DNA of 64,000 nucleotides, taken from contig OZ024741.1 in assembly GCA_964016885.1 (NCBI GenBank), positions 271,250,001 through 271,314,000 of the forward strand, written 5' to 3'. Made by a program: the position numbers and the translations under genes. The notes beneath the pieces are model-generated. The model saw only the letters and a list, made by a program, of their open reading frames with translations, did no database searches and was not told the origin of the DNA. Numbering within the stretch: the first letter of the stretch is position 1; each line of letters starts with the position of its first letter. This document shows, in pieces, positions 57,547-64,000 of this stretch. This DNA is from Eledone cirrhosa (lineage: Eukaryota).

Positions 57547-57870
57547 AATCTACCAAAATAAAACGGTAGTGTCCAATCCGTATGCCTAAACTCAAAGACC
57601 GAGATCTTCAGATGTTGTCCTCATCTGAAATCACATCTGATCTGTAACTGGATTGACACTCCTATGATAACTCAACCGCCTTCAACTCCTTTCCTGCTCT
57701 TTACTTCTACTACGGTTTTTTTACCTGGTGAATCCACGTTCTGTACTCCTGTATTCTTTTTCTCCCTTATCTGCCCTTATATTTCACCTTTTCCTATGTC
57801 TTTATTCCCCCCCCCCATATATTCTTTTTGCCTTACCCCTCACATACCAAAATGTATGTGTATGTATGTG

Positions 57871-57931
<61 letters not shown>

Positions 57932-57949
57932 GTAGATAGACCAGGTTAC

Positions 57950-58009
57950 TTTCATTCTGATGATTGAAGGCAACATTCTTTGCTTTTAAGAAACCACTGG
58001 TGAATGGAA
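57950..58009 (+). ncRNA. Hammerhead motif with non-cleavable GUG triplet
   Basis: Homolog of 60335-60394 but reads GAAA-ccactgg-TG. Confidence 0.6.
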
Positions 58010-58105
58010 TAATTGCCTTATGTTGTTTATTACATTACTATATATATGTATATGTATATTTTAGAGTTATATAAGGTTCATATGAATTATCTAAGATTGA
58101 GTTTT

Positions 58106-58162
<57 letters not shown>

Positions 58163-58288
58163 TTGAAAAAAATGAAAACGAAATTTCATTTCTCACTCTT
58201 AGTATGGCACTTACTTACATAAATATATATATGTAAGTATATATATATATGTAAGTATATATATATATATGTAAGTATATATATGTAA

Positions 58289-58376
<88 letters not shown>

Positions 58377-58402
58377 TTACATATATATATATATATACTT
58401 AC

Positions 58403-58458
<56 letters not shown>

Positions 58459-58483
58459 TTACATATATATATATATATATACT

Positions 58484-58556
<73 letters not shown>

Positions 58557-58582
58557 TTACATATATATATATATATACTTAC

Positions 58583-58624
<42 letters not shown>

Positions 58625-58625
58625 T

Positions 58626-58690
<65 letters not shown>

Positions 58691-58806
58691 TTGTATTTGG
58701 TTGTGCGTGTTTGTGATATGTACGTATTTGTATGTGTATAATTGTATAGCTATGTATGTATGTGTGTGTGTATATATATATGTGTGTATATGTATGTGTG
58801 TGTGTA

Positions 58807-58901
<95 letters not shown>

Positions 58902-59119
58902 ATATGTGTGTGTATATACGTATATGTGTGTGTGTGTGTTTGTGTATGTATTTGTGTATGCGTGTGTATGTGTTTATGTATTTGTATATGTATATTTATG
59001 TGTGAGAGTGTGTGTATGTATTTACTTTTTCGTATGTATGTGTACGTGCATTTGTGTGTATGTATGTATGTATGTATATGTATATGTGTATGGCTATGTA
59101 TGGGTATGTGTATGCATAT

Positions 59120-59177
<58 letters not shown>

Positions 59178-59342
59178 TTCTATATATATATGTGTATATA
59201 TGTGTGTGTGGTTGTATATATGCATGTGTATGTATGGATGTGTTGATATTTATGTGTGTATGTATGTATGTGTATATGTATGTGTATGTGTGTATATATA
59301 TACACATATATATGTGTATATGTGTGTGTGTATGTATGACTG

Positions 59343-59390
<48 letters not shown>

Positions 59391-59394
<4 letters not shown>

Positions 59395-60100
59395 AGACGT
59401 AAAATAAGAAAATTATAAAATTAACTTACTTACTAAAATATCACTTCCAACTAATTAGTTTCTGGAATGGAGTAAATATATTTTCCGAAGAATAGTATAA
59501 GAGAAGCATTCCGTCGTCAGGAAAGTCTATTCTCATGTAAGTTTCCAGGCAAAGCGAGGACACTGGAAACTTATTAAAAAATAATTCAGTGGATAGGAAA
59601 TAGCGAAGCGTGGACTGAATTCGAAGCCATTGAAAAAATCACTGCCTCTACGTCTGTGGCAAATTCAAACAGAATCGAACACGTGACATCGAGGTCAATC
59701 AGTGGAAAGTGGTTTGACCACGACGTCACGTGTTCGATTCTTTTTGAATTTGCCACAGACGTAGAGGCAGTGATTTTCTCAATGGCTTGGAATTCAGTCC
59801 ACGCTTCGCTATTTCCTATCCACTGAATTATTTTTTAATAAGTTTCCAGTGTCCTCGCTTTGCTTGGAAACTTACATGAGAATAGACTTTCCTGACGACG
59901 GAATGCTTCTCTTATATTATTCTTCGGAAAATATATTTACTCCATTCCAGAAACTAATTAGTTGGAAGTGATATTTTAGTAAGTAAGTTAATTTTATAAT
60001 TTTCTTATTTTACGTCTCTTATATTATTGTTCTGCAACCCCATGCATTGAACCACACTGTTATTAAGACAAAACCTATATATTTGCTAGCATTGATATGC
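59391..60100 (+). mobile_element. Large fold-back element: ~308-bp arms (59391-59698 / 59714-60021) plus tail
   Basis: Arms differ at several positions; 15-bp spacer; (TA)n at left. Confidence 0.85.
59886..59969 (+). ncRNA. Type I hammerhead motif, long stem II (mirror 59443-59526)
   Basis: actttc-CTGACGA-cggaatg..cattcca-GAAA-ctaattag-TT-ggaagt. Confidence 0.78.
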
Positions 60101-60141
60101 ATCTGTATGTATATATATGTTACTAGATATGAATTCTTTAT

Positions 60142-60178
<37 letters not shown>

Positions 60179-60187
60179 ATGTATGCA

Positions 60188-60224
<37 letters not shown>

Positions 60225-60334
60225 ATGTGTGTTTTTATTTTATTTTTCCTTTCCTTCTTCTTTCTCCAGCCTCACTTTCATATAGATTGCATTTTTGTTT
60301 TTAAAATCCAAATTCAATAAACTGACTAGGATTT

Positions 60335-60394
60335 TTTCATTCTGATGATTGAAAGCAAATTTTTTTGCTTTTAAGAAACCACTGGTAAATGGAA
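60335..60394 (+). ncRNA. Type I hammerhead motif
   Basis: tttcatt-CTGATGA-ttgaaagcaaa.tttt.tttgcttttaa-GAAA-ccactgg-TA-aatggaa. Confidence 0.85.
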
Positions 60395-60487
60395 TAATTG
60401 CCTTATGTTGTTATTTACATAACAATTAAGCTCTGTTACCTACATAGAGCACTTTTTTCTCCTGGACTTTTCCGACGGAATTACTTC

Positions 60488-60525
<38 letters not shown>

Positions 60526-60572
60526 CTTGATTTGGTTCCGGCCATTGTTGGCCCAGATATATATATATATAT

Positions 60573-61428
<856 letters not shown>

Positions 61429-61705
61429 GAAGAACTCAATGTGATCCAAATATAGAAGATATCATGAATAGAGAAAATGCATTCAAATATCAACGATAAT
61501 AATCATAGGAAAACATCTGAAGATGGCATGTATATGTGAAGGTATGTATATCTCCTCTGATAATTTGTAATATATTTTTACATAGATCTTTAACATGATA
61601 TACATACCAACATACACATATATATCCCAGAAACGATCGTAAAATGATGAATTTTTCAATATAAGGAACCTGTTCTTTGTTTTTATTTCATTGTTTTTAT
61701 TAACT

Positions 61706-61736
<31 letters not shown>

Positions 61737-61746
61737 AGCGTCCTCA

Positions 61747-61780
<34 letters not shown>

Positions 61781-62022
61781 AAGGTTTACGAAAGTCACTG
61801 ATATTATTTCAGTGATCTCCGGCCATGACTCACTCACTCAATGAATCAATAAGGTTGCAATAGTGAAACCGTATCTCTATGTTCAGAGTACACACGTATT
61901 AGTTAAAAGCAAGTACAGTGGCTGTGTCCCTCTTCCTGTTATATCAAGCGTTAACCTAATATATACCTTCCACCATATACTGTACCGATTGTGCTGTTAT
62001 TTCTGTTTACCTTTTACATACG

Positions 62023-62110
<88 letters not shown>

Positions 62111-62115
<5 letters not shown>

Positions 62116-62975
62116 ATATTGAGAAACACACAGATACATGCGGACACACACATATACATGAATATATCCACATCCATCCTTGAGTTAATGGTGCCAACCT
62201 TAACCGATGTTGCTCTATGAATAACTGGGACAAACCAATCCGAATGGATTAGACTGAACCAGTATCAGAGCTAAAAGTACATTATGAAGAGAGAAGAAAC
62301 ATTTAGATATAATTAGTAATAAGATGTATCATACCTAAACTGCTTCTAGATTCCTCGACTACGTAGTTTCGTGGCATAATCAAAAACAATACATCATAGA
62401 GATATAGAGCCTTTGTGAGGTCTGGCGACTTATCAAGAGGATACCTCATTTTACTAGCTTCAAAGAACACGTCTATAAGATGTGAGATAGAATTCCAAAA
62501 GGCGGAGGGGGAGTCAGTCACGTGATACAACGGTCAAGAAACAGAGCTAAGCCCCTTATAACCCTGAAAAAAATACCACGGAGGCGGAGGGGGTATTTAT
62601 ATCGAGGCCGTAGAAGAGGTGGTTAAGGAGGCAAGAAGTATGAGTAATGGCAGCTTTCCAGCAGTCACTACACTTCAAAGATTACTCGACCAGAGAGAGT
62701 TATAAACAATATATTGAGAAACACACAGATACATGCGGACACACACATATACATGAATATATCCACATCCATCCTTGAGTTAATGGTGCCAACCTTAACC
62801 GATGTTGCTCTATGAATAACTGGGACAAACCAATCCGAATGGATTAGACCGAACCAGTATCAGAGCTAAAAGTACATTATGAAGAGAGAAGAAACATTTA
62901 GATATAATTAGTAATAAGATGTATCATACCTAAACTGCTTCTAGATTCCTCGACTACGTAGTTTCGTGGCATAAT
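62111..62975 (-). mobile_element. Retrozyme/pLTR-like unit: 270-bp direct repeats 595 bp apart, hammerhead at 62352-62441 (-)
   Basis: 62111-62380 repeats at 62706-62975; tcctc-TTGATAA-long stem II-GAAA-ctacgtag-TC-gagga. Confidence 0.7.
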
Positions 62976-63674
62976 ATGTATATATATGTATATATGTGTG
63001 TAAGTGTATGTATATGAGCATGTATGGTTGTATGTATATATTTGTGTGTGAGTGTGTGTGTATGAGTGTGAACTATAGGAATGGATAATACCTAACAATT
63101 AAATGACTGAATACTAAATGTCCCCTTAACACACCTGGTTTCATTCAGAGAAGGAGAGTGGAGAATGAGAAAGAAAAAGACATAGAGGAAAAAATCAATT
63201 CCAGTATTAGACTGGTTCTTTATTTATCGACTTCGAAACAATGAAATGTACATTTGACTTCATCAGGATTTGAACTTAGAGCTCAGAGAACTGAAACTAA
63301 CACCGCAAAATATTTTATCCGATGTTCTAACGACTCTGCCAATTCGCCGACTAATTAATTCATTACTAATGAGTCATGCAATTAATGTCTAATTAGAAGA
63401 TCCATTTGAATGAAATGAGTTGGCAATTTAATGTGATTTCAATATGCGCCAGGCGTCTGTGAGGATTGTTTCTCTAAAGATAGGCGACGAGTTGGCAGAG
63501 TAGTTTGAGTATTAGACTAAATACCTTGTAGTGTTTATTCCACCTACCCGCCTTACACGGTCGGTCCTGGTCCGTGGCAAAAGAAAATGCTTAAACGTAC
63601 CAGTCTAAGGCGGGAGATAGACAGAATCCGTTGTGATTTAAAATACCGTCGTAACCTACGTGGATGGTAGACAT

Positions 63675-64000
63675 AACCTGAGATGGTCGTTGAGAGAGGA
63701 GTAGCTGTAGATTTTACGACCGTGATCCGTCGTTAAACGTGATGGCCGTTGAGTGAGGGGTAGCTGTAGATTTTACGACTGTGATCCGTTAAAGATGGTT
63801 GTTAAGTGAGAGGCAATTGTAGATTCTCCGCCTGTGGTCGGTCGTTGAATGAAATGGTCTTGAGTGAGAGACAACTGTCGATTCTTCGCTTAGGGTCGGT
63901 CGTTAAACGAGATGAACATTGAATGAGAGGCAGCTGTAGACTCTTCGCTAGTGTTGGGTCGTTAAACGGGATGGTCGTTGAATGAGAGGCAGCTGTAGAT
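63675..64000. repeat. Diverged ~59-bp tandem repeat running off the window end
   Basis: gatggtcgttgagtgagaggcagctgtagat-like unit, ~6 copies. Confidence 0.85.

Overview
AT-rich animal genomic DNA, saturated with microsatellites. The SINE, LINE and simple-repeat content resembles a cephalopod (Octopus-like) genome; this is an inference. Almost all listed ORFs are translations of simple repeats. Real coding remnants are transposon-derived: a Neptune-type Penelope-like element (PLE; RT + GIY-YIG, ~7.0-9.1 kb), a second PLE endonuclease fragment abutting a Helitron PIF1 helicase (25.3-27.1 kb), a long R4/Dong-type RLE LINE (50.4-53.6 kb) with several truncated copies, and RTE, Tx1/L1-like and CR1-like fragments. 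Non-autonomous Helitrons and tRNA-type SINEs are also present. A Thr/Pro-rich mucin-like exon (10.4-12.7 kb) and a small first exon (5.84-5.89 kb) are possible but unproven host-gene pieces. The most striking signal is non-coding: about two dozen type I hammerhead ribozyme motifs from at least ten sequence families, mostly inside short fold-back elements inserted in (TA)n tracts. Many have palindromic stem III loops, and three unrelated families carry the compensatory U3-A8 core. The fold-back elements share a covarying RYTC...GARY hairpin just past the inversion breakpoint, and one 595-bp direct-repeat unit looks like a retrozyme. All folds were paired by eye and none is tested.
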